Source: Cyclobacteriaceae bacterium
GTDB lineage: Bacteria; Bacteroidota; Bacteroidia; Cytophagales; Cyclobacteriaceae
NCBI GenBank assembly: GCA_965212195.1
Contig: CBDBUW010000012.1
Span: 193,566 to 257,565 of the forward strand
Length of the DNA stretch: 64,000 nucleotides
Direction: 5' to 3'
Shown here: positions 47,873 through 58,339 of the stretch, in pieces
Layout: every line of letters starts with the position of its first letter
How positions within the stretch are numbered: position 1 is the stretch's first letter
Translations under genes and position numbers: made by a program
Notes under the pieces: model-generated
What the model was told of the DNA's origin: nothing
Databases searched by the model: none
The model's input: the letters and a program-made list of their open reading frames with translations, nothing else

Positions 47873-49342
47873 ATGAATATATCAGTCGATTACCAACAAT
47901 TGCTTCAAAACCAAGCTTTCATAGGAGGCCGCTGGATATCCGCTAGTGACGGAAAGGTATTTGAGGTAAAGAATCCATTTGACGGAGAAATCATTGAATG
48001 TGTACCGGACATGGGGGTGTCGGACACCCGTTCAGCTATCCAAGAAGCAGAAAAAGCCTTTAAGCAGTGGAGTAAAACTACCGCTAGCCAACGATCCCGG
48101 ATATTACGAAAGTGGTTCGATTTGCAACTTAAGCACAAAGAGGCTCTGGCAGTTTTACTCACCTTGGAACAAGGCAAACCCCTAAAAGAGGCCAAAGGGG
48201 AAATTATTTTTGGGGCGGGGTTTGTGGAATGGTTTGCAGAAGAGGCCAAACGGGCCTACGGTGATGTAATACCTACACACAGTCGCGATAAGAGAGTGGT
48301 AACCATTAAGCAACCCATAGGAGTAGTGGCGGCTATAACGCCATGGAACTTTCCCAGCGCTATGATCACCCGCAAAGTGGCTCCGGCATTAGCGGGTGGA
48401 TGTACTGTGGTCATCAAGCCAGCAGAGGACACACCCTTGTCGGCTCTGGCCCTGGCGGTACTGGCAGAAGAGGCAGGTTTTCCACCCGGAGTTATCAATG
48501 TTATTACCACCAATCGACCTGAGGAAGTGGGGTTGGAGCTCAGTAAAAACCCCGTAGTGAGGAAATTGTCGTTTACAGGCTCCACAGCTGTGGGTAAGCT
48601 GCTACTGGAACAGAGTGCCAGTACCGTAAAAAAAGTATCCCTGGAATTGGGCGGAAATGCGCCATTTATCGTTTTTAAGGACGCGGATGTTGATGCTGCA
48701 GTAGCCGGTGCCATCACTTCAAAGTACCGCAATGCCGGGCAGACCTGTATCTGTGCCAATCGCTTGTTTGCCCATGAAAAGGTATATGAGGAGTTTACCG
48801 ATAAGCTTAGTACCGCGGCCAAAACCCAAACCCTGGGATCGGGATTGCAAGAAGGGACTAACATTGGTCCTATGATCAACGGGGAGGCTCTACAAAAAAT
48901 GGAATCCCTGGTAGCAGACGCCATTGAAAAAGGCGCCAAGGTGTTAACCGGGGGAGAAGTATACGACATTTCAAGCGGGCACAATTTCTTTCAGCCCACG
49001 GTGCTAACGGAGGTGAATACCAGCATGGCTATAAGTGAGGAAGAGATCTTCGGGCCAGTAGCTCCGGTGTTCTCATTTAGTGATGAGGAAGAAGTTATTG
49101 CCATGGCCAACAATACTCCCTATGGCCTGGCCGCCTATTTTTATGGCAACGACTACCGCCAGATCTGGCGCGTGGCCGAGGCACTGGAGTACGGTATGAT
49201 CGGTATTAACACCGGTATGATCTCCACGGTAGTAGCTCCTTTTGGAGGACTCAAGGAAAGCGGAATTGGCCGGGAAGGCTCCAAATATGGCATTGATGAA
49301 TACCTGGAGTTGAAGTACCTGTGCTTTGGTGATATCGAGTGA
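47873..49342 (+). CDS. gabD: NAD(P)-dependent succinate-semialdehyde dehydrogenase
   Basis: 489 aa, near-collinear with E. coli GabD. Matching segments are TLEQGKPLKEAKGEI, IKQPIGVVAAITPWNFPSAMITRK, VSLELGGNAPFIVF, NAGQTCICANR and PFGGLKESGIGREGSKYGIDEYLELKY. Confidence 0.85.
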   Translation: MNISVDYQQLLQNQAFIGGRWISASDGKVFEVKNPFDGEIIECVPDMGVSDTRSAIQEAEKAFKQWSKTTASQRSRILRKWFDLQLKHKEALAVLLTLEQGKPLKEAKGEIIFGAGFVEWFAEEAKRAYGDVIPTHSRDKRVVTIKQPIGVVAAITPWNFPSAMITRKVAPALAGGCTVVIKPAEDTPLSALALAVLAEEAGFPPGVINVITTNRPEEVGLELSKNPVVRKLSFTGSTAVGKLLLEQSASTVKKVSLELGGNAPFIVFKDADVDAAVAGAITSKYRNAGQTCICANRLFAHEKVYEEFTDKLSTAAKTQTLGSGLQEGTNIGPMINGEALQKMESLVADAIEKGAKVLTGGEVYDISSGHNFFQPTVLTEVNTSMAISEEEIFGPVAPVFSFSDEEEVIAMANNTPYGLAAYFYGNDYRQIWRVAEALEYGMIGINTGMISTVVAPFGGLKESGIGREGSKYGIDEYLELKYLCFGDIE

Positions 49343-50716
49343 TCAGTCCAGTATTCTGCCAGGATTTAGTATGCCCTGTGGGTCCAGGGTTCTTTTGAGA
49401 GTATTCATGAGGGCTATTTCTTCTGTGGAACGTGACAATTTGAGATAAGGTTTCTTATCAAGACCTATGCCGTGTTCAGCGGAAATGGAACCACCAAGGT
49501 TATTTAAAGGTGCATAAACGATTTCATTGATCCTTTGTGTGAGCTCATCGGATGGCTCCTTTTTATCCACTACCAGATGAATGTTGCCGTCAGCCACATG
49601 ACCAAAAGGGAAAACCTTTATTACTTCAGATTCCATCATTAATTCATCCAGAAGTTGATCTACCAAGGGCCCTATTGCAGCTATGGGCAAACTAATGTCG
49701 AAATGCTGCGGATTGCGGCACTGTCCTACCATCCGGTCCACCTGCTCTCGGATTTCCCAAATTCGTTCCAGTTCGCTGGCCGAAGTGGCGGGAACAGCTT
49801 CCTTTATCAGGTTAAGTTGCTGAGCCTTTTCAAGCAGATGAAATAGTCTCTCTTGGTCACCCTGTTGCTCACTACCGAGGCTCTCCAACAGTACATAGTA
49901 AGGATATTGATAGTCAATAGGAGCCTTATTGTCAGCAGTTTGAGCCCGATAGGTAATGTTCCACATTAACTCAAAAGCACTGAGTAGCCCCGCCAGTCCC
50001 TGGTCGATATATTTCAGAAACTCTACCACGTTTTGGTAGCTGTTTAGGGCTACCAAGGCACCGCACCGACTATTAGGCGCTTCGTAAAGCTTTAAAACTG
50101 CTTGAGTGACAATGCCCAGGGTTCCCTCGGATCCAATGAACAATTGCTTTAGGTCGTAGCCTGTGTTGTCCTTGATCATTTTTTTATGAGAATCTATAAT
50201 AGTGCCATCGGCCATTACCGCTTGTAACCCCAGAACCAGGTCGCGGGTCATTCCGTAGCGCAATACCCGCAGGCCCCCGGCATTTGTGCTGATAATCCCA
50301 CCGATCTGTGCAGAGCCTTTGGCTCCAAAGTTCAACGGGAACAGCAATTTGTGAGCCAAAGCTTCTTTTTGAATATTTTCCAGTATAACTCCGGCCTGCA
50401 CGGTGATAGTACGGGATTGGGTGTCCACTTCCTGGATATTATTCATTTTTTCCAGGCTGATCACCAATTGATCCTCCTGGGCCTCGGTAGCACCTACCAA
50501 ATTGGTCAAACCCCCATGTATAATGATCGGCTGGCCATGTTCATGGCAGATCCTCAAAATATGGCTAACCTCTTCAGTGTTTCTGGGAAGCAGTACCGCT
50601 TTTGCGTTTAGCGGACGATCCGCTTCCCAAATATGACTGAACCGATTGCTGACCGCTTCACCGGTTAGTATTTGATGGTTGCCCAGGGTATCATTTAATT
50701 GTTGTAATAGATCCAT
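49343..50716 (-). CDS. FAD-linked oxidase (D-lactate / D-2-hydroxyacid dehydrogenase, GlcD-like)
   Basis: 457 aa with a PCMH-type FAD-binding domain (IIIHGGLTNLVGA, ISTNAGGLRVLRYGMTRD). The C-terminal domain contains HVADGNIH and SAEHGIG. Confidence 0.8.
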   Translation of the reverse strand: MDLLQQLNDTLGNHQILTGEAVSNRFSHIWEADRPLNAKAVLLPRNTEEVSHILRICHEHGQPIIIHGGLTNLVGATEAQEDQLVISLEKMNNIQEVDTQSRTITVQAGVILENIQKEALAHKLLFPLNFGAKGSAQIGGIISTNAGGLRVLRYGMTRDLVLGLQAVMADGTIIDSHKKMIKDNTGYDLKQLFIGSEGTLGIVTQAVLKLYEAPNSRCGALVALNSYQNVVEFLKYIDQGLAGLLSAFELMWNITYRAQTADNKAPIDYQYPYYVLLESLGSEQQGDQERLFHLLEKAQQLNLIKEAVPATSASELERIWEIREQVDRMVGQCRNPQHFDISLPIAAIGPLVDQLLDELMMESEVIKVFPFGHVADGNIHLVVDKKEPSDELTQRINEIVYAPLNNLGGSISAEHGIGLDKKPYLKLSRSTEEIALMNTLKRTLDPQGILNPGRILD

Positions 50717-50838
50717 GCTTTAGGCCTCTGGGCAATATAGTAAAATCCGGGTTTGCAGTAGACTGCACTTTACCCTATATTCATTTTTCTAAAAACAATA
50801 CAGTTTTGGCATACGAGCAACAACGGCAACGTTTGTTA

Positions 50839-51966
50839 ATGAAATATCCCGCCATTGAGGATCTGGCTAAAAAAGCCCGCCAGCGAATGCCTCAGGTAGG
50901 CTGGGAATACCTGATCACTGGTACTGGCAGAGAGGAGCTGGTTCATCGTAATACGGCTGACTTTAACGACATAACCCTAACCCCCCAGTTTTGTAAGGGT
51001 CAACTAAACCCTCGGATACAGACCACTTTGTTCGGCCGGCAATACCAAGCCCCATATGGGGTGGCTCCCGTGGGGTTAACGGGTTTGATGTGGCCGCGGG
51101 CAGAAGTGCTGCTGGCCCAGACAGCTGTCAAACGGGGTATTCCATTTACACTGAGCACCCTGGCTACCGAGACCCCCGAAACCGTAGGGCCGCATGTGGG
51201 AGAAATGGGTTGGTTTCAATTATATCCTCCCCGTGAGCCAGAACTAAGAAGAACGTTATTGAAAAGAGCTTGGGACCACGGTTTCAGGACCTTGATGGTG
51301 ACCGCCGATGTACCCACTCCCAGCCGCAGAGAGCGTACTAAAAGGGCAGGAATGGGGATACCCCCTAAGATCACCGCAAACTTCTTGTGGCAGGGGCTTA
51401 CTCATCCTGTATGGTCGTGGGGCACCTTAAAAAATGGCTTACCCAGTCTACGCACCGTGGCGAATTATTCTGAATTCAGTTCCATGATGTCGGTGGGGGA
51501 GTTTGTGCAAGATCAGATGGGTGGTAATCTTTCCTGGGAATACTGTCGTCAAGTGCGCGATGAATGGGAAGGTCCTGTGGTAGTCAAAGGATTGCTGCAT
51601 CCCCGGGATGCGGAAATGGCTGTAGAAATTGGCATGGACGGGGTAGTGGTTTCTAATCATGGCGCCAGGCAATTTGATGGGGCACCCAGTGCCATTAAAG
51701 CACTGCCCGAGGTGGTAAAGGCGGTAAAAGGTAAAACAAAGATCCTGATGGATAGCGGAGTACGCTCGGGCCTTGATATCTTGAGAGCGTTGAGCTTGGG
51801 CGCTGATTTCGTCTTTCTGGGAAGGGCATTCATTTATGGAGTGGCTGCTTTGGGCAAAATCGGCGGGGAACACGTGGTAGAGATCCTCAGTGGCGACCTT
51901 AAAAATAACATGTCACAAATGGGAATAGAGGACTTAAATGAGCTTTATGATGGAATGGGATCCTAA
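50839..51966 (+). CDS. FMN-dependent alpha-hydroxy acid dehydrogenase/oxidase (L-lactate dehydrogenase-like)
   Basis: It has a TIM-barrel FMN fold, with FQLY, VTADVPTPSRRERTKR, VVKGL, VVSNHGARQFDG and DSGVRSG. The ORF track starts at TTG 50806, and the first ATG is at 50839. Confidence 0.8.
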   Translation: MKYPAIEDLAKKARQRMPQVGWEYLITGTGREELVHRNTADFNDITLTPQFCKGQLNPRIQTTLFGRQYQAPYGVAPVGLTGLMWPRAEVLLAQTAVKRGIPFTLSTLATETPETVGPHVGEMGWFQLYPPREPELRRTLLKRAWDHGFRTLMVTADVPTPSRRERTKRAGMGIPPKITANFLWQGLTHPVWSWGTLKNGLPSLRTVANYSEFSSMMSVGEFVQDQMGGNLSWEYCRQVRDEWEGPVVVKGLLHPRDAEMAVEIGMDGVVVSNHGARQFDGAPSAIKALPEVVKAVKGKTKILMDSGVRSGLDILRALSLGADFVFLGRAFIYGVAALGKIGGEHVVEILSGDLKNNMSQMGIEDLNELYDGMGS

Positions 51967-52741
51967 AGTTATACAAGCGGCAGACCGACTGCGTTTGGCA
52001 GCTGAAGAAAACTCCCCCTGCAAGCCAGTAAGAGACCTCCTGGGTGCTGATGATGTGGAGAGCGCCTATCAAGTTCAGTTTAGGAATAACCTGTGGCGAC
52101 TGGACCAAGGAGAAGAAATGGCCGGATGCAAAATAGGGCTTACCTCCAAAAAGGTGCAAGAGCAAATCGGTGTGGATCAACCGGATTTCGGTTGGCTTTT
52201 TAGATCTAGTATGATAGATAGCGGAGGTAAAGTGTCCTGGGATGACTTGATGCAGCCCAAGGTGGAAGCGGAGGTAGCCTTGGTTTTGGACCATGACCTG
52301 GAGGGGCCGGAGATTAGTATGAAGGATTTAAAGGAGGCTGTAGCCTATGCCGTGCCTTCCATTGAGATAGTAGGCAGCAGAATTGAAAATTGGGATATTC
52401 GTATCGCCGATACCATTGCCGATAATGCTTCAGGCAGTCATTATGTTTTGGGCCACCATAAGACGGTGTTAGATGCTCTTGATTTGAGTGAATGTAAGAT
52501 GCGGATGTATTGCAACGGAGCTCTGGTATCCACTGGCAGCGGACAAGATTGCCTGGGATCGCCTTTAAATGCCGCGCTGTGGCTAGCCCGTAAAATGGGA
52601 AAATTAGGATCCCCCTTGAAAAAAGGGAATGTCATATTAACAGGAGCCTTAGGACCTATGGGTAAGGTTAGTCCTGGAGATCTTATAGAAGCGGAAATCA
52701 GCCCCTTGGGTTCCGTATCGGTTGAATTCGGCAGGAGCTAG
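51938..52741 (+). CDS. mhpD: 2-keto-4-pentenoate (2-oxopent-4-enoate) hydratase
   Basis: Collinear with E. coli MhpD. Matching segments are KIGLTSKKVQEQIGVDQPDFGWLF, VEAEVALVL, IEIVGSRIENWDIRIADTIADNAS, LGSPLNAALWLARKM and ILTGALGPM. Candidate starts at 51938, 51947 and 51950 all overlap the upstream stop. Confidence 0.88.
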   Translation: MSFMMEWDPKVIQAADRLRLAAEENSPCKPVRDLLGADDVESAYQVQFRNNLWRLDQGEEMAGCKIGLTSKKVQEQIGVDQPDFGWLFRSSMIDSGGKVSWDDLMQPKVEAEVALVLDHDLEGPEISMKDLKEAVAYAVPSIEIVGSRIENWDIRIADTIADNASGSHYVLGHHKTVLDALDLSECKMRMYCNGALVSTGSGQDCLGSPLNAALWLARKMGKLGSPLKKGNVILTGALGPMGKVSPGDLIEAEISPLGSVSVEFGRS

Positions 52742-53677
52742 ATGGAAAAGGTAAAATGTGCTATTATCGGATCGGGAAACATTGGGACGGACCTAATGAT
52801 CAAGATCCTACGTAATTCAACGATGTTAGAGCTTGCCGCCATGGTGGGGATCGATGATAAATCCGAAGGACTAGCACGGGCTGAGAGACTGGGAGTATCT
52901 ACTACCCATGAAGGAATTGAAGGTCTGCTGAAAATGCCTGTTTTCCCTAAAATAAATATCGTATTTGATGCTACTTCTGCAGCAGCTCATAGGGCCAATC
53001 ATCAAGTGATCCAACAATTTCCACAGAAAAGAATGATAGATCTTACACCCGCGGCCATAGGCCCCTATGTGGTGCCGGTGGTAAATATGGAAGGTCATTT
53101 GGACGTGGATAACCTGAATATGGTGACCTGCGGGGGACAAGCCACTATTCCTATTGTCGCCGCCATATCTCAGGTGTGCAAAGTTCATTATGCCGAAATC
53201 GTGGCTTCAATCGCCAGTAAGTCTGCAGGTCCGGGTACCCGCGCCAATATAGACGAATTCACGGCCACCACTGCCAGAGGTCTGGAGGTTGTAGGGGGTG
53301 CGGAAAAGGGTAAGGCTATTATTATTCTTAATCCTGCGGAACCACCTCTGGTAATGCGGGATACTATTTTTACACTTAGCGATGGGGCCGATCCGGAACA
53401 GGTAAGAGATAGTATCAAAAATATAATAGAGCAGGTTCAGGAGTACGTTCCAGGTTACCAATTACATCAGGAGGTGCAGTTTGAGGAAATACCAGCGGAT
53501 GAAGCAGTTATAATTGAAGGTTTAGGTCCACGATTCGGACTTAAAACCACGGTGCTGCTGCAAGTCACCGGTGCCGGGCATTACCTGCCGGAGTATGCCG
53601 GTAATCTGGATATCATGACCTCCGCGGCCATGGCCACAGGAGAAAGGCTGGCAGCTTTCAAATTTGAGACTATGTGA
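52742..53677 (+). CDS. mhpF: acetaldehyde dehydrogenase (acetylating)
   Basis: Collinear with MhpF/DmpF. Matching segments are [64 protein letters not shown] and [11 protein letters not shown]. The ATG directly abuts the mhpD stop. Confidence 0.92.
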   Translation: MEKVKCAIIGSGNIGTDLMIKILRNSTMLELAAMVGIDDKSEGLARAERLGVSTTHEGIEGLLKMPVFPKINIVFDATSAAAHRANHQVIQQFPQKRMIDLTPAAIGPYVVPVVNMEGHLDVDNLNMVTCGGQATIPIVAAISQVCKVHYAEIVASIASKSAGPGTRANIDEFTATTARGLEVVGGAEKGKAIIILNPAEPPLVMRDTIFTLSDGADPEQVRDSIKNIIEQVQEYVPGYQLHQEVQFEEIPADEAVIIEGLGPRFGLKTTVLLQVTGAGHYLPEYAGNLDIMTSAAMATGERLAAFKFETM

Positions 53678-53693
53678 TATAACTTAGTTCCTT

Positions 53694-54722
53694 ATGAAAA
53701 AACTCTACATCCAGGACGTGACCTTGCGTGACGGCATGCATGCGATCAAACATCAATACACTAAAGAACAGATCAAGAAAATTGCTTTAGCCCTGGATGC
53801 CGCCCGGGTGGATGCCATCGAAATAGCCCATGGCGATGGATTGTCAGGAGCTGGTTTTAACTACGGATTTGGCGCACAATCCGATTGGGAATGGCTTGAA
53901 GGCATAGCCAACCAGTTGCAACATGCCCGTCTCACTACTTTGTTGCTGCCCGGTATCGGGACTATAGAAGATCTAAATCGGGCCCGGCAATTGGGCGTGG
54001 AGTCCGTAAGAATTGCCACTCATTGTACAGAAGCGGATATTGCGGCACAACATATCGATGCTGCCAAAAAACTAGGCATGGATGTAGCGGGATTTCTTAT
54101 GATGGCTCATATGAATGATCCGCAAGGCCTCACTCAGCAAGCACTGTTGATGGAATCTTATGGGGCAGATTGTGTTTATGTCACAGACTCTGCGGGAGCT
54201 TTGCTGATGGCAGACGTGGAGGATAGAATAAAACTATTCCGGGAGCGTTTACGCCCGGAAACGGAAATAGGCATCCATTGTCATCATAACCTTTCCCTAG
54301 GTGTTGCCAATACTATAGTAGCCATGGAGCATGGGGCCAACCGCCTGGACGCTTCCCTTACAGGAATGGGTGCAGGAGCGGGCAATGCGCCTTTGGAAGT
54401 GCTAATTGCGGTATTGAACAGAATGGACATTGCCCACTCCTGTGATCTTCACGCATTAATTGACGCTGCAGAGAAGTTAGTGCGGCCACTACAAACCAGG
54501 CCTGTGCGTGTTGATGGGCAAACACTGCCACTAGGTTATGCCGGAGTGTATTCCAGTTTCTTGCTACATGCCGAAAAGGCTTCAAAGGCTTATGGTGTGG
54601 ATACTCTGGAAATTCTGGAAGAAGCTGGCAGAAGGAAATTGGTGGGAGGTCAAGAGGACATGATCATCGACCTGGCCCTGGATTTGGCCGCAAAGTCGTC
54701 TTCTTCCACTAGGAGGAAATAA
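53694..54722 (+). CDS. mhpE: 4-hydroxy-2-oxovalerate aldolase
   Basis: Collinear with MhpE/DmpG. Matching segments are [61 protein letters not shown] and [15 protein letters not shown]. Confidence 0.92.
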   Translation: MKKLYIQDVTLRDGMHAIKHQYTKEQIKKIALALDAARVDAIEIAHGDGLSGAGFNYGFGAQSDWEWLEGIANQLQHARLTTLLLPGIGTIEDLNRARQLGVESVRIATHCTEADIAAQHIDAAKKLGMDVAGFLMMAHMNDPQGLTQQALLMESYGADCVYVTDSAGALLMADVEDRIKLFRERLRPETEIGIHCHHNLSLGVANTIVAMEHGANRLDASLTGMGAGAGNAPLEVLIAVLNRMDIAHSCDLHALIDAAEKLVRPLQTRPVRVDGQTLPLGYAGVYSSFLLHAEKASKAYGVDTLEILEEAGRRKLVGGQEDMIIDLALDLAAKSSSSTRRK

Positions 54723-55578
54723 GCAGATTGCGAAACACTGTCCAAATCATGCAAATCCCTAAAATCAAGAAGATCCAGGTGAAGCCTTTGGTCAGAGGTT
54801 TTGAGGGTAGTCGGCCTTGAAGAAATGGACCAATTTGGCCACCGATTATCACTCCAGGTATGGTATAACAGATCAAGTGCCAGGGCACTGCATCCAACCC
54901 TGCGGTGCGAATCAAGGTGAGGGTATGGGCTAAGGCCGCTACTAGCATAGTACCCATTACCACCACTACGGAAGAGGCGGCCGCCACCGGCAAAGGTATT
55001 TTACCTTCTTTGATCAATTGGGGCATTACAATTTCACCAATACCTGTAGATAACATACCTGTAATAAACCCTCCTAGAATCGTGGGGATGATTCTTGGGA
55101 TATAATCTTGATATTTATGTTGATTTCCCCACTTGTCTACAAGAGTCTTATAGGACCTATTTACAGGATTTCTGGGAGCAAAAAGGAAGGTGAATCCCCG
55201 GATCATAATCACCGATAACAGCAACAATAATATCCCATAGCTAAGTCTTAGCACCCATGGTGGAATCCAGTGGGCGGAAAGCACCCCCACTAACGCGGCC
55301 GGTATACTAATCACTAGGAATAGTTTGCTTATGTTGAGATCAATAAGTTTTTGTCGGTAATACCCTATTAACCCGGAAGTGAAACCAAAAGTGGACGTGA
55401 GCAAGGCCGCGGCTACCGCAGTGACCGGATCGTTCAACGGGTATTCCGGACCCAGCAAGGGCAATAGCAATAGAAATATAGGCATGAAAATAGCAGTGCC
55501 TCCAATACCGCTTAACATGGCCACAGTGGCCACACAAATTGCGATGGGGAACATAAACCAATAGAGGGTGAAATCCAT
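54709..55578 (-). CDS. TauE/SafE family sulfite-exporter-like membrane protein
   Basis: 289 aa with about 8 TM helices and the duplicated 4-TM architecture with Gly-rich helices ([21 protein letters not shown]) typical of the family. Confidence 0.65.
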   Translation of the reverse strand: MDFTLYWFMFPIAICVATVAMLSGIGGTAIFMPIFLLLLPLLGPEYPLNDPVTAVAAALLTSTFGFTSGLIGYYRQKLIDLNISKLFLVISIPAALVGVLSAHWIPPWVLRLSYGILLLLLSVIMIRGFTFLFAPRNPVNRSYKTLVDKWGNQHKYQDYIPRIIPTILGGFITGMLSTGIGEIVMPQLIKEGKIPLPVAAASSVVVVMGTMLVAALAHTLTLIRTAGLDAVPWHLICYTIPGVIIGGQIGPFLQGRLPSKPLTKGFTWIFLILGICMIWTVFRNLLISS

Positions 55579-55652
55579 TTAGGTCAACATATTCATAGAC
55601 AATGAACTGATAATCAGTTAAATATAGAAGCCAATTAAACACTTAAATTAAG

Positions 55653-56555
55653 TTAAGCCAAGCGGTCAGCCCACATCAAAATAGCCATGGCTTCAGCCGT
55701 TTGAGACTGCTCCAAATGGTGCTGGGCCAATTGATGAAGTTCTTTTAGTTGGTCTTCATGGTTAGGGTGCTTTTTCAAAATGTCCTTAACCTGATCCAGG
55801 GATGAAATGTGATCGATGTCATCTTTATGGGGCATGCGTTCCAGATTGCCTAACCTTCCCAGGTTATTACCTGTCAGAACCGTACTGTTGCGAACACTCA
55901 AGGGTAAGCTGTCCACTCCAACACCCAGCGTGGTAAGGGGTTTGGGGATCTCAAATAAGGCATTGCCAGTGGCTCTGCAATACCAATTGCCGCCCATACG
56001 TGCTACCAGATCCAGCCTACAGGTATCCAATTTGCCTTCGGCACTTAAAAACTGCTCATCAACATGGATTAGTTCTACTCTGGAAATTACCAGGTTACCA
56101 GCACCCCCTTGATCGCCCAGCTCCACTATCCGGTCTATGGTGCACTCGAATGAAACTGGTGATTCCTTTACTCTTGGTGGACGTACTACTTGCGAAGGTA
56201 CTTCTGTGAGACCAGATTTACTGAACTCATTTATGTGTGAGGGATATTCGGTGCTGGACAAGGACATTTGCTCCACCATGGCATGATTCACAACATTGAT
56301 GACCACTTCAGGGACCGCACGTACATTTTCCAAGGTGTGCTTAGTGGTATTATCCCGCCCTCGACGGGCCGGGGAAAAGATCATGATTGGGGGATTGGCA
56401 CTAAAAACATTGAAAAAGCTGAAAGGACTGAGATTGACTTCACCTTCCGCATTGACGGTACTGGCAAAGGCTATGGGCCTGGGGGCAACCGCCGACAGCA
56501 ATAAGCCATGAAGCTGTGGTACCTGCAATTCGTGGGGATTGATGGTTTTGGTCAT
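55653..56555 (-). CDS. flavin reductase-like (FMN-binding split barrel) protein with C-terminal extension
   Basis: The N-terminal roughly 200 aa carry AVAPRPIAFAST..NLSPFSFFN motifs. An extra helical tail of about 90 aa follows. The start overlaps the fahA stop by 4 nt. Confidence 0.7.
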   Translation of the reverse strand: MTKTINPHELQVPQLHGLLLSAVAPRPIAFASTVNAEGEVNLSPFSFFNVFSANPPIMIFSPARRGRDNTTKHTLENVRAVPEVVINVVNHAMVEQMSLSSTEYPSHINEFSKSGLTEVPSQVVRPPRVKESPVSFECTIDRIVELGDQGGAGNLVISRVELIHVDEQFLSAEGKLDTCRLDLVARMGGNWYCRATGNALFEIPKPLTTLGVGVDSLPLSVRNSTVLTGNNLGRLGNLERMPHKDDIDHISSLDQVKDILKKHPNHEDQLKELHQLAQHHLEQSQTAEAMAILMWADRLA

Positions 56556-57793
56556 AGGGCAGGTAGCACTTTGGTACGAACCTCACCAAAACCAATCCGG
56601 ATACCTCCAGATTCCGCATATCCTTTCATGGTAATAGTGTCGTGGTCTTCTACAAAGGTGCGGGTAGCACCGTTTTTCAACGAAATAGGTTGCTTTCCTC
56701 CCCACGACAATTCCAGCATGGAACCAAACGATCCAGGCTCCTGACCACTGATGGTTCCGGAAGCCATTAAGTCCCCAATCTTTACATTACAGCCTCCCAC
56801 TGTGTGATGCGCCAACTGTTGGATCATGTTCCAGTACATATATTTAAAGTTAGATCTGCAGATTACGGATTCCTCGCCGTTTTCAGGCTGAAGACTAACT
56901 TCCAGATTGATGTCATAGTTTTTGGGACCCTGATATTGCAAGTAAGGCAACACTGGCGGATCTTGGGGAGGGCCTGGTACCCGGAAGGGCTCCAAAGCCT
57001 CTAGAGGTACTACCCAGGGGGATATGGAGGAAGCAAAGTTTTTCGCTAGAAATGGACCCAGCGGTACGTACTCCCATTTTTGAATATCACGGGCCGACCA
57101 ATCATTGAGTAGCACCATACCAAAAATGTGATCCTCAGCTTGGGCGGTACTCACAGCTTCTCCCAGCGGACTGTCCTTCCCAATTACAAAGGCCATTTCC
57201 AACTCAAAATCCAGTCGGTTACTGGGGCCGAAAACCGGGGGACCGTCTGCGGGCTTAGTCTGCCCTTGGGGGCGTCGTACGGGAACTCCGCTTTCAATAA
57301 TTGAAGAAGCTCTTCCGTGGTAGCCTACCGGTAAATGCCTCCAGTTAGGTAATAAAGCGTTATCAGGGTCCCGGAACATTTTACCCACATTTGTGGCGTG
57401 CTCAATGCTACTATAGAAATCCGTGTAGTCCCCAACCTGTAAGGGTAGATGCATCCTGGCCTCTGATTGTAAACAGAATAAATTCATTTGATCCTCCCAG
57501 GTGATATCCGCAGTAGTAAGCCACTGTTGCAAACGGGTTCGGATCTTATTGGTGATAGGTTTTCCTAATGCTATGTAGTCGTTCAAATAGGGATTGAGCA
57601 ATACTTCCTCATTTAACTGAAACTCTTCCAGTACCTTTGTTTGGGCCACTTGATGTAGATCCAAAATATGGTTTCCGATCGCTACTCCCAAACGTCTTTG
57701 AACTTTATCCGTTGTTGAGTAGACTCCCAGGGGCAGGTTGTGAACAGTAAAGTCGGAATCCCTAGGTACCTCAACCCAGCAGTGTTTTTTCAT
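56552..57793 (-). CDS. fahA: fumarylacetoacetase
   Basis: 413 aa, near-collinear with mammalian FAH. Matching segments are DFTVHNLPLGVYS, GDYTDFYSSIEHATNVGKMFR, LPNWRHLPVGYHGRASS, FGMVLLNDWSARDIQKWEYVPLGPFLAKNF and GDLMASGTISGQEPGSFGSMLELSW. Confidence 0.93.
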   Translation of the reverse strand: MKKHCWVEVPRDSDFTVHNLPLGVYSTTDKVQRRLGVAIGNHILDLHQVAQTKVLEEFQLNEEVLLNPYLNDYIALGKPITNKIRTRLQQWLTTADITWEDQMNLFCLQSEARMHLPLQVGDYTDFYSSIEHATNVGKMFRDPDNALLPNWRHLPVGYHGRASSIIESGVPVRRPQGQTKPADGPPVFGPSNRLDFELEMAFVIGKDSPLGEAVSTAQAEDHIFGMVLLNDWSARDIQKWEYVPLGPFLAKNFASSISPWVVPLEALEPFRVPGPPQDPPVLPYLQYQGPKNYDINLEVSLQPENGEESVICRSNFKYMYWNMIQQLAHHTVGGCNVKIGDLMASGTISGQEPGSFGSMLELSWGGKQPISLKNGATRTFVEDHDTITMKGYAESGGIRIGFGEVRTKVLPAL

Positions 57794-57937
57794 TTAGCGT
57801 AAAGTTAGCTCCTATTTGTTGGCCAGCCGGGGTCTCACTGTTCAGATCACCCCGCTCAGGCTGCTTAAAGATAAGATACATTTTTTGCTTCAGGAAAAGT
57901 TGACTTTATTTGTTCCCGCATCGCTCCAAATTGTGTT

Positions 57938-58339
57938 ATGGAAATTAGTTTAACCACCCCGGCCATACTCTTTCCGGCCATTTCATTGCTGCTGCTGGGA
58001 TTTAGCAACCGCTTTGTAACCACTGCCACTTTGATCAGGCAGCTGAAGAATAACCTGCGACCTGAAAATCAGGGAAATGTCCATAAGCAAATAAAAAACC
58101 TGCAAACCAGGATCAGGTTGATCATTGGTATGCAGGCGTTTGGAGTATCTAGCATCATCTTATGTACATTGGCCATGATCGCCATTTACTATCAGCAAAG
58201 CATGTGGGGCAGTATTTTATTCGGTTTTAGTTTACTGTTTATGGTAATCTCCTTACTGATCTCTTTGTGGGAGGTGTTGATCTCCAGCAAGGCGTTGAAT
58301 TTGGAGCTGGAGGAAATAAAAGAGATCACTTCTTCTTAA
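57938..58339 (+). CDS. DUF2721 domain-containing membrane protein
   Basis: 133 aa with three TM helices. The N-terminal TPAILFPAISLLLLGFSNRF...LIRQL pattern matches what I recall for DUF2721. Confidence 0.55.
   Translation: MEISLTTPAILFPAISLLLLGFSNRFVTTATLIRQLKNNLRPENQGNVHKQIKNLQTRIRLIIGMQAFGVSSIILCTLAMIAIYYQQSMWGSILFGFSLLFMVISLLISLWEVLISSKALNLELEEIKEITSS

Noticed and set aside
48256-48984. 242-aa ORF antisense to gabD
   Set aside because: It lies entirely inside a gene with near-perfect GabD collinearity on the other strand. The translation is low-complexity (Ala/Ser/Pro/Thr rich), as expected for a frame-shadow ORF.
51448-52294. Two antisense ORFs (141 aa and 131 aa) across the FMN-oxidase/mhpD junction
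   Set aside because: Both overlap strongly supported plus-strand genes. Their translations are His/Pro/Cys-rich nonsense typical of antisense frames.
54709-54722. 14-nt convergent overlap of mhpE and the TauE/SafE gene, and a 4-nt convergent overlap at 58336-58339
   Set aside because: Short 3-prime end overlaps of convergent genes are common in compact genomes. There are no extra structures or frameshift signals.
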